Shown: positions 31,372 to 41,079 of the stretch, one piece after another
Position numbering within the stretch: position 1 is the first letter of the stretch
Layout: each line of letters opens with the position of its first letter
NCBI GenBank assembly: GCA_963717365.1
Contig: OY970327.1
Location: 720,348 to 784,347 of the forward strand
Direction of reading: 5' to 3'
DNA: 64,000 nt
DNA from: Candidatus Saccharimonadia bacterium
GTDB lineage: Bacteria > Patescibacteriota > Saccharimonadia > Saccharimonadales > 2-12-FULL-41-12
Position numbers and translations under genes: made by a program
Notes under the pieces: generated by a model
Seen by the model: only the letters and a program-made list of their open reading frames with translations
Told to the model about the DNA's origin: nothing
Database searches by the model: none

Positions 31372-32286
31372 TCAAACTTGGGTAAATTTAGAGATATATT
31401 CCATCGCTTCGTCTTCCGACTGAACCCAAATGATATCCTGGTTACGCTTAAACCACGTCTTTTGTCGCTTCGCCAGGTCTTTATCGCTCTTAACAAATAA
31501 CTCCTTAGACTCCTCAAGGCTTATCTCACCTTCAAGATGTTTACGAGCAGCTTTATATCCGGGCGTTAGTAAACCGGTAGCTTCTGAGCCATACTGGTTG
31601 ATCACATTTTGTACCTCTTTAATAAAGCCTGCGACAAACATTGTATCCACCCGTCCTTTAATCCGCTCAATCAACTTTTCACGTTCAATATTTATTCCAA
31701 GCATTAGTATGTTGGTGGGTTTTAATTTGCGATTTGGTTTCAATTTTATTTTTAAATTTTTATTGTGCGGCGAAACTTTGCTATTAATATTCACGGCAGC
31801 GGCACGTTCTACGGCGCGGCTTAAGTGCCGATGGTTCTTAAAATCAACGTCCATTTCCGCAACGCCCAGCGCCCGTGCCCGGCCTTGCAAATCAGCCAGG
31901 CTCATTGCTTCAAGTTCAGCTCGCTGGCTGCGGTCGGCTTCGCCGCCAAAATTAAAGTCATACACAAAACCGTCTATATATAAACCGGTGCCGCCTACGA
32001 TTATCGGCAGACTGCCGCGGCCGTGAATTTCATTAACTTTTAATGAAGTGTACTGTTTGAAAGCGGCCGCAGAAAAATACTGGTCCGGTTCAATTAAGTC
32101 CAGCCCGTGGTGCGGCACTACCCGCCTGTCCGCCGCGGACGGCTTCGCCGTCCCGATATCCATGCCTTTATATATAGTCCGTGAATCGGCGCAAATAATC
32201 TCGCCGCCAAACTGCAAAGCGGCGCGGATTGCCAGCGCAGACTTGCCGCTGGCCGTCTGGCCGGCAATAACGATTATCGGCTTCAC
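31372..32286 (-). CDS. miaA: tRNA dimethylallyltransferase
   Basis: GQTASGKS, ADSRTIYKGMDIGTAKP, VGGTGLY, AKRQKTWF. Confidence 0.95.
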   Translation of the reverse strand: MKPIIVIAGQTASGKSALAIRAALQFGGEIICADSRTIYKGMDIGTAKPSAADRRVVPHHGLDLIEPDQYFSAAAFKQYTSLKVNEIHGRGSLPIIVGGTGLYIDGFVYDFNFGGEADRSQRAELEAMSLADLQGRARALGVAEMDVDFKNHRHLSRAVERAAAVNINSKVSPHNKNLKIKLKPNRKLKPTNILMLGINIEREKLIERIKGRVDTMFVAGFIKEVQNVINQYGSEATGLLTPGYKAARKHLEGEISLEESKELFVKSDKDLAKRQKTWFKRNQDIIWVQSEDEAMEYISKFTQV

Positions 32287-32588
32287 CGTGTTTTACGGCG
32301 GCCCTGGCGCTTCTGCCAGGACTTACCTATCTGATTATTGATAAGGATCGAGGCTGACACCGCGGCAGCAAACATACTAAGGGCAAACAGGCCGATAATT
32401 ACGTCGTCAACGTAGGTATAGCTGCCCGGGTCACAGATGAGAGAATCTTCGGGGCACTGCGAATAGACGTCAAATAACTTAAAAAATTGCACCATTAAAA
32501 AGTCGCGGGCAAAGAATAGTACGTTAAATACAATGAGACTGACAATAAAAATGACAAGTGCCGGATTCTTTTTCGCTACGGGGTCCAT
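32283..32588 (-). CDS. Hypothetical 2-TM membrane protein
   Basis: Two hydrophobic helices; overlaps its neighbours in the operon. Confidence 0.6.
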   Translation of the reverse strand: MDPVAKKNPALVIFIVSLIVFNVLFFARDFLMVQFFKLFDVYSQCPEDSLICDPGSYTYVDDVIIGLFALSMFAAAVSASILINNQIGKSWQKRQGRRKTR

Positions 32589-32890
32589 AACAAAGATTGT
32601 ACATCAACCGTATACTCATCGGATACTTCAACTCCGTCATTTTCCAGCGCCCTTTTTTGGCCTTCAAACCCATCCGGTACGTAACCCCGCGCCAGCCCGC
32701 CCTGTTTATTGACTACCCGTTGCCACGGTAAGTTAGTTGGCCCAAAGTGCGCCAGCTGCCCGACTTCCCATGCCGCCCAGGCCGCGCCGCACAGCGCTGC
32801 AATCTGGCCATAGGTCATCACCCGCCCTTGGGGGATCTTGGCAACAACTTCGTACACCCGTTGTTTGAATGCCTCATCAACCCTAGACAT
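32576..32890 (-). CDS. Alkyltransferase-like (ATL/MGMT-family) protein
   Basis: IPQGRVMTYGQIA; PWQRVV has Trp in place of the catalytic Cys, as in ATL proteins. Confidence 0.88.
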   Translation of the reverse strand: MSRVDEAFKQRVYEVVAKIPQGRVMTYGQIAALCGAAWAAWEVGQLAHFGPTNLPWQRVVNKQGGLARGYVPDGFEGQKRALENDGVEVSDEYTVDVQSLLWTP

Positions 32891-33467
32891 GGAAGTATGC
32901 CCCTACTTCTTTCCAGTTTGCTACCCGCATTACGTCAGGATGGACGATCTGCTCTGCCGACCACGCATAATTGCCAAATAACAGGGCTTTGATTCCTACT
33001 TCTGCCGCCAAATTGCAATGGTGTGGCAAATCATCTATCAGATAGTCAGCCCCAATTTGCCGACAGATATCGGCCTTGGTGATGGTATTCCCCGGTTCCC
33101 AGATAGGGACAAAATGCGTTTCGTCAAAAATACCTTTATAATGCTTTGCTATCCATTCGTGCGTAGCTTCAATGCTATACTGGTGCCGCGCCGTTATTAT
33201 TACCAATTTATATTTTTTTGACAGCTTTTTTAGTACTACATCGGCATCCGCGATTCGTTCGTAATTACTGATTGTTTCTTTATGAAACTCACCGGCCCGC
33301 TTCAGCATGACATCATAATCCAGCTTCCAGAGCTCAGGCCAGTTGTTGTTGTACTGGTCATCTGTTAGATTGGTTCCGAAGTGCTTATTACTATACGCGA
33401 TAAATGCTGGAATATGCGCAGCGATTACGTCGTCAATATCAACCCCAATCGTCTGCCTGGCACTCAT
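32883..33467 (-). CDS. HAD-family 5'(3')-deoxyribonucleotidase-like protein
   Basis: GVDIDDVI, IITAR, LIDD motifs. Confidence 0.85.
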   Translation of the reverse strand: MSARQTIGVDIDDVIAAHIPAFIAYSNKHFGTNLTDDQYNNNWPELWKLDYDVMLKRAGEFHKETISNYERIADADVVLKKLSKKYKLVIITARHQYSIEATHEWIAKHYKGIFDETHFVPIWEPGNTITKADICRQIGADYLIDDLPHHCNLAAEVGIKALLFGNYAWSAEQIVHPDVMRVANWKEVGAYFHV

Positions 33468-35311
33468 AGTGAAGTCTTATTGACCCGCATCTTTGTTTCG
33501 TTGAAGACTGTTTTGAGGAAATCCTCTACAGCTAGCTCGGGATGGATCTCGATTGCTACTAAATCTTTACGGACGCGCGGTATTACCTGGCCGCTAGCAA
33601 TCTCTTTCTCGCCGATAACTAATGTGTAGGGCACCTTCATCAGCTCGGCATTGCGGATCTTCTTGCCTACTGACTCGTTGTCATTATCTACCGTTAAGCG
33701 GAGGTTCAGTTCCTTGGCTAAATCCTGGACCTTACCAGCGAAGGCAACGGTTGCCTCTTCTTGGTTAACGGTAATTACCCTTACCTGCTCCGGCGCCATC
33801 CAGATCGGGAATTTGCCGGCGGTGTGTTCAATGTAGACGCTTAGAAAACGCTCAATTGAGCCTAAAATAGCCTTATGGACCATGGCTGGCCGCTTGGGCG
33901 AACCATCCGAATCAATGTATTCCAGCTCAAAACGCTCCGGCTGGACAAAATCAAGTTGCACTGTGGCGCACTGCCAGCGCCGCCCCAGGGCGTCAGAGAT
34001 GTAAATATCTATCTTAGGACCATAGAAGGCGGCTTCGCCGCGCTCAATCTTATAGTCCAGCTCTTCTACTTTGGCAACCCGCTCCAAAATTTCTTCGGCC
34101 TGGTTCCATAATTCCCTCTCACCGAAGTAGTTATCACTATCGTCCCGGAATGACAGGTCCACGCTTAGCGGCAGCTCCAGCGTCATATACATCTGCTTAA
34201 CCATGCCCATAATAGACTGCATCTCCAATTCAATCTGGTCACTTCTTACAAAAGCGTGTGAATCATCCTGGGTTAACGAGCGTACGCGCGACAGCCCGTG
34301 CAACTCGCCGCTCTTTTCATCCCGATACATCGTGGTTGTTTCCATATAGCGCAGCGGCAAATCCTTATAGCTGCGCGGCCGCGACGCGTAAATCTGGGTG
34401 ACATGCGGGCAATTCATTGGTTTCATCATAAAATCATCGCTCGATTCAATACTGGAGACGTCAAACCGTTCCGGATACTTATCATAGTGGCCAGATTTTT
34501 TATAGAGTTCCACTTTGGTCATATGAGGCGCCCACACCGCTTCATAGCCGCCTGCCCGTTGCAGTTCCTCGGAAAATTTTACCAGTTCGTTCCGCAACAC
34601 CGTACCCCGCGGCGTGAACAGGGGTAATCCCGGACCAACCAGCTCGGATATTGTAAACAAATCCAGTTCTTGGCCAAGCTTGCGGTGGTCGCGTTTTTTG
34701 GCTTCTTCCAGCAAGTCAAGATATTGCCTCAGCTCCTTAGGAGTCGCAAATGCAACCCCGTACAAGCGCTGCATCTGGGCGTTCTTTTCATTTCCCCGCC
34801 AGTATGCGCCAGCAATACGCATCAGCTTAAAGGCGCCAACCTTACCGGTATGCTCAACATGCGGTCCCCGGCACAAGTCTTTAAAACTGCCATTTTGGTA
34901 AAAAGAAACTGACTCTATTTTGCTGTCTCCCTCCGCCTTTAGCCCCAGCTCAGCCGCATCCAGGTCTTTCGCAACAGTGGTACCCTCTCGCTTGAGGTCA
35001 TTCAGTAATTCTTCTTTATACGGCTGGTTGGCGGCTTGTGCCCAGCCAATAGCTTCGTCAATCGCTTGTTCACTTCTCTCAAATGGTTGATTTTCGGCTA
35101 TCACTTTCCGCATTTCTTCTTCAATGCGAGGGAAATCTTCTTCGGAAATTTTTACATCCGGCCCAAGGTCAATATCATAGTAAAAGCCATTTTCTACCAC
35201 CGGTCCCACGCCAAGCTTGGCCCCAGGCCAAAGCATCGTCACCGCGGTCGCCATAATATGCGCTAAGCTGTGGCGCATTGCTGTCTGGTCGTCTTGCTTC
35301 TGGTCTGTCAT
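33464..35311 (-). CDS. thrS: Threonyl-tRNA synthetase
   Basis: RHSLAH, DLCRGPH, KPMNCP, EAAFYGPK. Start at ATG 35311 (AAGGAAG RBS); the track's extension to 35485 lies in the T-box. Confidence 0.97.
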   Translation of the reverse strand: MTDQKQDDQTAMRHSLAHIMATAVTMLWPGAKLGVGPVVENGFYYDIDLGPDVKISEEDFPRIEEEMRKVIAENQPFERSEQAIDEAIGWAQAANQPYKEELLNDLKREGTTVAKDLDAAELGLKAEGDSKIESVSFYQNGSFKDLCRGPHVEHTGKVGAFKLMRIAGAYWRGNEKNAQMQRLYGVAFATPKELRQYLDLLEEAKKRDHRKLGQELDLFTISELVGPGLPLFTPRGTVLRNELVKFSEELQRAGGYEAVWAPHMTKVELYKKSGHYDKYPERFDVSSIESSDDFMMKPMNCPHVTQIYASRPRSYKDLPLRYMETTTMYRDEKSGELHGLSRVRSLTQDDSHAFVRSDQIELEMQSIMGMVKQMYMTLELPLSVDLSFRDDSDNYFGERELWNQAEEILERVAKVEELDYKIERGEAAFYGPKIDIYISDALGRRWQCATVQLDFVQPERFELEYIDSDGSPKRPAMVHKAILGSIERFLSVYIEHTAGKFPIWMAPEQVRVITVNQEEATVAFAGKVQDLAKELNLRLTVDNDNESVGKKIRNAELMKVPYTLVIGEKEIASGQVIPRVRKDLVAIEIHPELAVEDFLKTVFNETKMRVNKTSL

Positions 35312-35401
35312 AGTCACTTCCTTCTTGGTTTCCCTGTTACAGCACTTGCTTTTGCTTGCTGGCAGCATTTCATTAAGATTTAATGAAACCTCGATAGCAA
35401 T

Positions 35402-35575
35402 AAAAAAACACATAAAGACTGGTTGTCGTTTATGTGCGTCGGTCCCTGTTAAAACGGCTTCTTGGCCGCTAAAGGGAGGTTCCACCTCGGCTTTTACTAT
35501 TGCAGCATTGGTTATCGTACGTCTGCTGCCGCTCCAACGAAGCTCCGTGGCTGGTTAGGCCGCATCACCGCTTAT
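35402..35575 (-). promoter_or_regulatory. T-box riboswitch (Thr, ACC specifier) with terminator
   Basis: AAGCGGUGAUGC start; GGC-CUAACCA-GCC loop; T-box AAGCCGAGGUGGAACC; terminator CACAUAAA...UUUAUGUG+U7. Confidence 0.85.
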
Positions 35576-35601
35576 CCATCAGTATACGACGGTAGGGGAC
35601 T

Positions 35602-35646
35602 AAAAACAAAAAACCTTGTGGCTTCTCGCAAATAGCCACAAGGTTT
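35602..35646 (-). terminator. Intrinsic terminator upstream of the thrS leader
   Basis: AAACCTTGTGGCT / AGCCACAAGGTTT with a U-tract on the minus strand. Confidence 0.7.
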
Positions 35647-35904
35647 AAGGTCTGCTAAAACACCTAGCAAAATTCCACCAACAAGTACCATGATAGCAAG
35701 GTTAGTATTATATGGCTAGTACTTTTGTATTGTTTTTATTACAATTCCCTAATATATGTAGGGCTCAAGGAGTTAAATGGCTAAATTCAGTAACAATTAA
35801 TAGTTCATTAAATTGTTAAAAAAGCTTATATAAATGCTCAAAATGACCACAATAATCGTTGCAAAGCGGCCATTAATCCTGTATCGTTTAACCTGTTCTA
35901 GAAA

Positions 35905-35981
35905 GGGCGATTAGCTCATTTGGCTAGAGCGCCACATTGACGTTGTGGAGGTGATAGGTTCGAATCCTATATCGCCCACCA
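35905..35981 (+). tRNA. tRNA-Val(GAC)
   Basis: GGGCGATTAGCTCA...CCACA-TTGACGT-TGTGG...GGTTCGAATCC...ATCGCCCACCA. Confidence 0.96.
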
Positions 35982-35984
35982 AGT

Positions 35985-36014
35985 AAAAAGACCGGTTTAT
36001 ACCTGGTCTTTTTT
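35985..36014 (+). terminator. Terminator after tRNA-Val
   Basis: AAAAAGACC...GGTCTTTTTT. Confidence 0.75.
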
Positions 36015-36353
36015 AATATCGACGATTACCTAATATTTAAAAGATCAACTTACCGCTTAAGGTGTTAATAATAAGCATAAGCATTGACTCTTATATTAGC
36101 TTATGGTATTATAGTTTAGTTAAACAGGAGTTTTGGTTTAACTTATGAGTTCCAAAACAGCTTTAGTTTTGGAGGAGTTTAATCTTTATTACGAAGATAT
36201 GCGTCCTCTTAAAACAGTCGACAGTCGCAACCGGTAACCCGATATATCTAGGAGGGAAATTAAGCTTATAAACCACGTCTAAGCGTAGGTTTGTGCACTT
36301 AATTTTTAAGTTATCCACTAGCATTATAACCTGCTTAATGTCAGTATATAGAC

Positions 36354-36758
36354 ATGGTCTGTATATATTGTGACTCAAAAATAAAAACTTCTGTCGTAAA
36401 TTCTCGCTCCGGCAATAAAGGCCGTCTGACATGGCGGCGGCGGCAATGCAAACACTGCACTAGTATCATGACAACCCGTGAACAAGTAGACCTGGAGATC
36501 GCTCTGAGAGTATCCGGTTCAAACGGTCTGAAACCCTTTCTAAGGGATCAGTTGTTTATAGATGTCTATAACAGTGTTTCCCACCGAAAAACAGCTCTGG
36601 CGGACGCAGGAAAGCTTACAGATACAATTATTACCCGCTTATTAGACATTCAAGCTGCCGGCATTCTAAATAGGCAGCAGATTATAAAAACTACTGGGGC
36701 TACTTTGCAGCGATTTGATCCTGCTGCCGGGGTCCATTACCAGGCGCGCCATCATTGA
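36354..36758 (+). CDS. nrdR: NrdR-like repressor (Zn ribbon + ATP-cone-like domain)
   Basis: CIYC...VVNSR...RRRQCKHC...TTRE; C-terminal LQRFDPAAGVHY. Confidence 0.8.
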   Translation: MVCIYCDSKIKTSVVNSRSGNKGRLTWRRRQCKHCTSIMTTREQVDLEIALRVSGSNGLKPFLRDQLFIDVYNSVSHRKTALADAGKLTDTIITRLLDIQAAGILNRQQIIKTTGATLQRFDPAAGVHYQARHH

Positions 36759-37021
36759 GCAGCGAGTACTAGGCGGCGAGCCAAGCTGGAGTAATACGCG
36801 AAGCCGTCAATAGAAGTAAAACAAATCAGAAGCTGGCTCTTCGTTATCGTGATTTCATTTTATTTTCATTAAAAGCCATAAATGAAGCTGATATTTCTAA
36901 ATTAAATATAGAGTTATAGCAGGCACTTCTAAGGTGTTATTTAATAAAACGTTAATAAGTCTGTGCACCCATTCAACAAATATGCTCAAATAACTGCCGT
37001 AATCATTACAGCAATACAAAA

Positions 37022-38626
37022 TTAATCTGAAATAATGGGGTCGTCTTTGATGACAGCTTTTTCGGTAACATCGAACTTATCAAGGTATTTTCCGCGGAAT
37101 AAGCGGGTCTGCGCCACTAGGGCGGCCATGGAGTTATAAACAATCGTGGTTATTGGCAGCAGCGCCCACTGGAATACCATCAAAACGGTGCGGTGATGCT
37201 TGTAGCGGGCCGGTTTGGGCGGCAGCGACTTGAAACTGAGGAACATGGTAATAATCAGGCCGATCAGGGCAACCTGCTGGATACGGCTGGCGACTTCCGG
37301 CAGCTGATTTGAGCCGATATCATCAGGATTAAAGAACACCGGTACAAATGCCGAGAAAGCCAGCAGCAGCGGACCGGTAGCCCAGCTGACATGGTTCTCT
37401 ATCAGACGGGCCAGGCGCGGAATTGATTTTCTTTTCGGGACGTCATTGGGCTCCAGAAAGGCCTTGGTCCAGACATATGCAATATCGGAGCACCCCCAGG
37501 CCCAACGCCGGATCTGGATAAACTGGGCCTTTAGAGTACGCCGATACCCGCTGGCCAGCACGGCATCCTGATAGATCGGGACATAGATCGGATACACCTC
37601 GTAGCGGCCGTCGTAGCGGAAGAAAGAACGCCAGAACTGGTGGCCGTCTTCTACAATCGTGCGGACGCTCCAAAAGTCGGTGTCAATCAACGCTGCCATG
37701 CTCTGGGCGTGCGATGCAAAGTTGCGGATTGCGTGCGGACGCAGACTTAGCACCAGGTTCCAGAAGGAGTTACCGGTGGCTATCACACGCATCAGGGCTG
37801 GAACGTCCCAGATATTATTGGTAAAGATCGGGATCGGCTGGAATGAGACCGTTTTTGGCTCCGGACACATAGAGAAAGTGTAAGTCAGTGCCCCCAGATA
37901 GTTCTTATGCGGCCGGTTGTCAGAATCAAGCGTGGTTACCAACACATTTATGGGGTCAATTTTGCGTTTTTTCAGCTCTTTTTGAAGTTCCCGGCCGGCA
38001 AATGTTACGTTGCCACCCTTGCCTACTACCTCGTTCTTCATGCCGTCCGGGTGCGCTACGGCACGGGCAAACATAAACTTATCCCCGTATTCACGAATTA
38101 GATCAGTCGCGGTTTTCTTGATGTCCGGACCGCCCCGCTCCTCATAAGCGATGAACAAAATGACTTTTTTCATATCGTAATTAGAGTCCAGAACTGCCTG
38201 GATGGTCGGTTCGATGATGTCGCGGCTCTCGTTGTAGGCCGCCACGATGAGAGCGTGGATTGTTTCACTTGGTGTTACGGCGCCCGGAAGCACTTCAAGC
38301 CGCTCAACATTCGCTTTGTGCCACTTCGGCACACCTTTAACGCTTACAACCCCCCGCTCCACGTCATCCAACAATTCTTTCCAGGGCAAACGTTCGTGCA
38401 ATTTCATCGTCCGGTATCCCTGAACTACCCGCAAATTCAACCCCACGCCCCTGAAAAACCACAAAAGTATGTAGGAAATGATGAAAAAGGCGGTTAGCCG
38501 CGGATCAATTAAGCTCAATATAAATGGCAGTGCCAGCAACGAATAACTAAGCATAGCCGGCAGCCGTTCCAGCCAGCGGTAGGACCGGGTCTTCTCTGAT
38601 TGCAGGGGTATTTCAATATTTTTCAT
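37022..38626 (-). CDS. Membrane glycosyltransferase family 2
   Basis: AAYNE, GKGGN, LDSD, IVEDG, QIRRWAWG (QxxRW) and flanking TM helices. Confidence 0.9.
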   Translation of the reverse strand: MKNIEIPLQSEKTRSYRWLERLPAMLSYSLLALPFILSLIDPRLTAFFIISYILLWFFRGVGLNLRVVQGYRTMKLHERLPWKELLDDVERGVVSVKGVPKWHKANVERLEVLPGAVTPSETIHALIVAAYNESRDIIEPTIQAVLDSNYDMKKVILFIAYEERGGPDIKKTATDLIREYGDKFMFARAVAHPDGMKNEVVGKGGNVTFAGRELQKELKKRKIDPINVLVTTLDSDNRPHKNYLGALTYTFSMCPEPKTVSFQPIPIFTNNIWDVPALMRVIATGNSFWNLVLSLRPHAIRNFASHAQSMAALIDTDFWSVRTIVEDGHQFWRSFFRYDGRYEVYPIYVPIYQDAVLASGYRRTLKAQFIQIRRWAWGCSDIAYVWTKAFLEPNDVPKRKSIPRLARLIENHVSWATGPLLLAFSAFVPVFFNPDDIGSNQLPEVASRIQQVALIGLIITMFLSFKSLPPKPARYKHHRTVLMVFQWALLPITTIVYNSMAALVAQTRLFRGKYLDKFDVTEKAVIKDDPIISD

Positions 38627-38632
38627 AATTTT

Positions 38633-39004
38633 TTAACGCAGCGACAGCAGCGAATTGCTGACAATTAAGCCCAGCGTCAGCAGGAGTGCAGCCAGCACCA
38701 TCATAATCCAGCTGACATGTCTCCGGATACTGTGAAAACGCAGGCTAATAAAGAATTGTCCCACCAACACGGTAACTGCGAATAGCGTAAAGGCAATGAT
38801 CTGTTCTACCCCGCCCACCTGGTACGCCTCAAAGCGCAAGTTAGAACGATAGGCCTGAATATAACTATTGTCTGTACTACCAAGACGCAGCAAAATACTC
38901 ACCACTGTAATAATAGCCAGAAAAATATTTATGGTGAGCATTAATAATACGAACCGGTCGTGAAAATACTTTTTTAAATGTTGGCGGGAAGTGTCATTGG
39001 TCAT
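38633..39004 (-). CDS. Hypothetical 3-TM membrane protein
   Basis: Three hydrophobic helices; operon with the GT2 gene. Confidence 0.75.
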   Translation of the reverse strand: MTNDTSRQHLKKYFHDRFVLLMLTINIFLAIITVVSILLRLGSTDNSYIQAYRSNLRFEAYQVGGVEQIIAFTLFAVTVLVGQFFISLRFHSIRRHVSWIMMVLAALLLTLGLIVSNSLLSLR

Positions 39005-39044
39005 TAGTGTTACCTGTAATTATAGCCTAGTTTAAGAATATACG

Positions 39045-39120
39045 TGGAGCCACCTGCCAGGATCGAACTGGCGACCTACGCGTTACGAGTGCGTCGCTCT
39101 ACCGACTGAGCTAAGGTGGC
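39045..39120 (-). tRNA. tRNA-Thr(CGT)
   Basis: GCCACCTTAGCTCAGTCGGTAGAGC...CT-CGT-AA...GTTCGATCC...GGTGGCTCCA, 76 nt. Confidence 0.95.
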
Positions 39121-39290
39121 ATAATGCTTACGATAGTTATGAACGTACGTTAGCTCAGTTGGTAGAGCTATACTCACTTTACTTTGCAGCAAGCTGCGCA
39201 ACTGAGCAAAGGTGACACAGAAATTATTTTCGAGCTTACCAAATTATAGCAAAACTTTTTAGGACCGCTGTGCATGGATATAGCACGTAA

Positions 39291-39339
39291 GTACTATATC
39301 TCGGGTTCATTAAAAAATCATGAAAGGCAGGTATAGTAC
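39291..39339. repeat. 49-bp palindromic repeat
   Basis: GTACTATATCTCGGGTTCATTAAAAAATCATGAAAGGCAGGTATAGTAC, between divergent tRNA genes. Confidence 0.85.
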
Positions 39340-39499
39340 TCGAATCACTGCACCGCCTTACCGCTCAACAGTTAAAATGATTGTAATTTACCTCTGATTT
39401 TGCTATCATCCCCTCTGTCGATCAGCAAAATGCACACAGTATGTTACGTAAGTCCAAACAGCCATACTGGGTGCATTTGATCAACAACTCATGTTAGCT

Positions 39500-39576
39500 G
39501 GGCTCGTGGTGTAGAGGCCTAACATGCCTCCCTGTCACGGAGGAGATCGCCGGTTCGAATCCGGTCGGGCCCGCCA
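39500..39576 (+). tRNA. tRNA-Asp(GTC); integration site
   Basis: GGGCTCGTGGTGTAGAGG...CCTCC-CTGTCAC-GGAGG...GGTTCGAATCC...CGGGCCCGCCA. Confidence 0.96.
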
Positions 39577-41079
39577 ATTCGGATTTTTGCTGTTGTGACG
39601 CAGCACAGAAAGTGGCTCTCTCACTGTTAGAGCCACTTTTTTGTTACCCAAAGTCCAGTTCGAACCTAGCATCAGCATAATTTGTCGTCGTTCGTTGTCA
39701 TTTCCATGCTTAAACGATGCACCAAGGTTCACAACGCCTGTAAATACCTCTGAAGCTAGTTCTAACCAGCGTTCGGCATCTTGAGTAGATTGTTCAATCA
39801 GTTGATTAGTTCGAGCCTGGGTTGCTTCATGCTCGGCTACACGGCTCTTGTAGCGTTCTGGTGATATGGTTCTAGTCTCTAGGGCTTCGCCCAGTGCTGC
39901 AATCTTATCAGTGGCTTCCTTGTAGTCCTTTTGCCATACAGCAAGATGCTGGTTACGTTGTTTTAGCCTCTCATCATGGTAGTTCCGTATCAACTCTAGG
40001 CATTTAGCACTCTCTTCTGCAGTCATTTCAAACTCTGACACCCGTGCTTGTATTTCAGCCTCAATAGCATGTCTGGCTAGTTGTGGCTGCTTGCAGTTCT
40101 TGACCTTACTTTTATGGGTGCAGACATAGAACTCGTAATACTCAACACTACCATCAGCGAGCGTCTTAGCTTTCGTATAGGCAGTGATATTAAATCCACA
40201 CTCCTCACAAACTAACACGCCTTTATATGGGTAATTCAGTTTGGCAGTATTTGTCCTTTTCACGGGCTTAATCCAGCCCATAGATACTTGTGCCTGGGTG
40301 TATATATCTACTGAAATTAAGGGCTCTTACGTGCCTTGTTGCCACTCTTCAGCTCCATACTTGAAAATACCTGTATACGTCCTGCGGTGCAGTAAGTCGG
40401 CAAGCGTGTTTTTACTCAAGGTTTTGCCAGACTTTGATTTCAGACCAACCGATATAGCCATCTCATACAGGTCATGCAGCGTGTATTGTCCAGTTGCTGC
40501 CGCTTTGAAAAGCTGAACTACTTTTGGTCCATCTACAGGGTCAGGAGCTATGTTACGCTCTCCAGGTTTGATGATAGCGTTTGTATAGCCTAGCGGTGCT
40601 GGTCCAGGGTACTGTCCACGGGCTCGTTTAGTCTCAAAGCCCTCTTTTACCTGTACGCTCAAGTCATCGTTATTTTTCTTAGCCAGTGCTAGTTCAATCG
40701 CAAGCACCATTTTATCGTCTGGAGTATTCCTATAGGTACGAGACGGCGTGTGTATTGCTAATAGCTTTCCTGTATCAAGGGCGTAGATAATTCTGCCGCC
40801 ATCGACAGGGTTACGGCTAAGCCTACTCAACGCCCAAACTGATATGTACCTAGCTTCTCCAAGCTCGATGCGGTCCATCTTATCGTTAAATATAGGGCGT
40901 CCTGGCTGCTTTGCACTCCGTTCTTCGGCTGGTAGGTATATGGGTATCAGGTTGTTGCGTTCGATGATGTGTTGAACTTGCGTGTCCTGCTTCTGAATTG
41001 AGAGTGACTGCCTATCTTCACGGTCCTGAGAGCGTCTCAGGTAAACAAAGGTCTTTGATTTTATGTCGTCTGGCTTCAT
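39535..41079 (-). pseudogene. Large serine recombinase interrupted by one in-frame TAA (40327-40329)
   Basis: YLRRSQD (catalytic Ser), SAKQPGRP, SRLSRN, G.YPGPAPLGY, GT*EPLIS, Zn ribbon CEECG..YVC..C. The two track ORFs are in the same frame, 15 codons apart. Confidence 0.88.

Noticed and set aside
31430-32026. 198-aa plus-strand ORF
   Set aside because: Antisense shadow of miaA.
35312-35485. N-terminal extension of ThrS
   Set aside because: It overlaps the T-box antiterminator and terminator; the true start is 35311.
15108-35630. Shared 12-mer GGCTTCTCGCAA in the hairpins at ~15108 and ~35619
   Set aside because: A short match in two unrelated stem-loops with no extended similarity; probably a favoured loop sequence or chance.
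35747-35763. CCCTAATATATGTAGGG as an NrdR box
   Set aside because: Dyad-like, but spacing and sequence fit the 16-bp NrdR consensus poorly; it is a single copy with no nrd genes adjacent.
40327-40329. Stop-codon reassignment or programmed frameshift in the recombinase
   Set aside because: The stop is TAA, used as a normal terminator by core genes here, and both halves are in the same frame. TGA also ends genes normally, so code 25 is not indicated.
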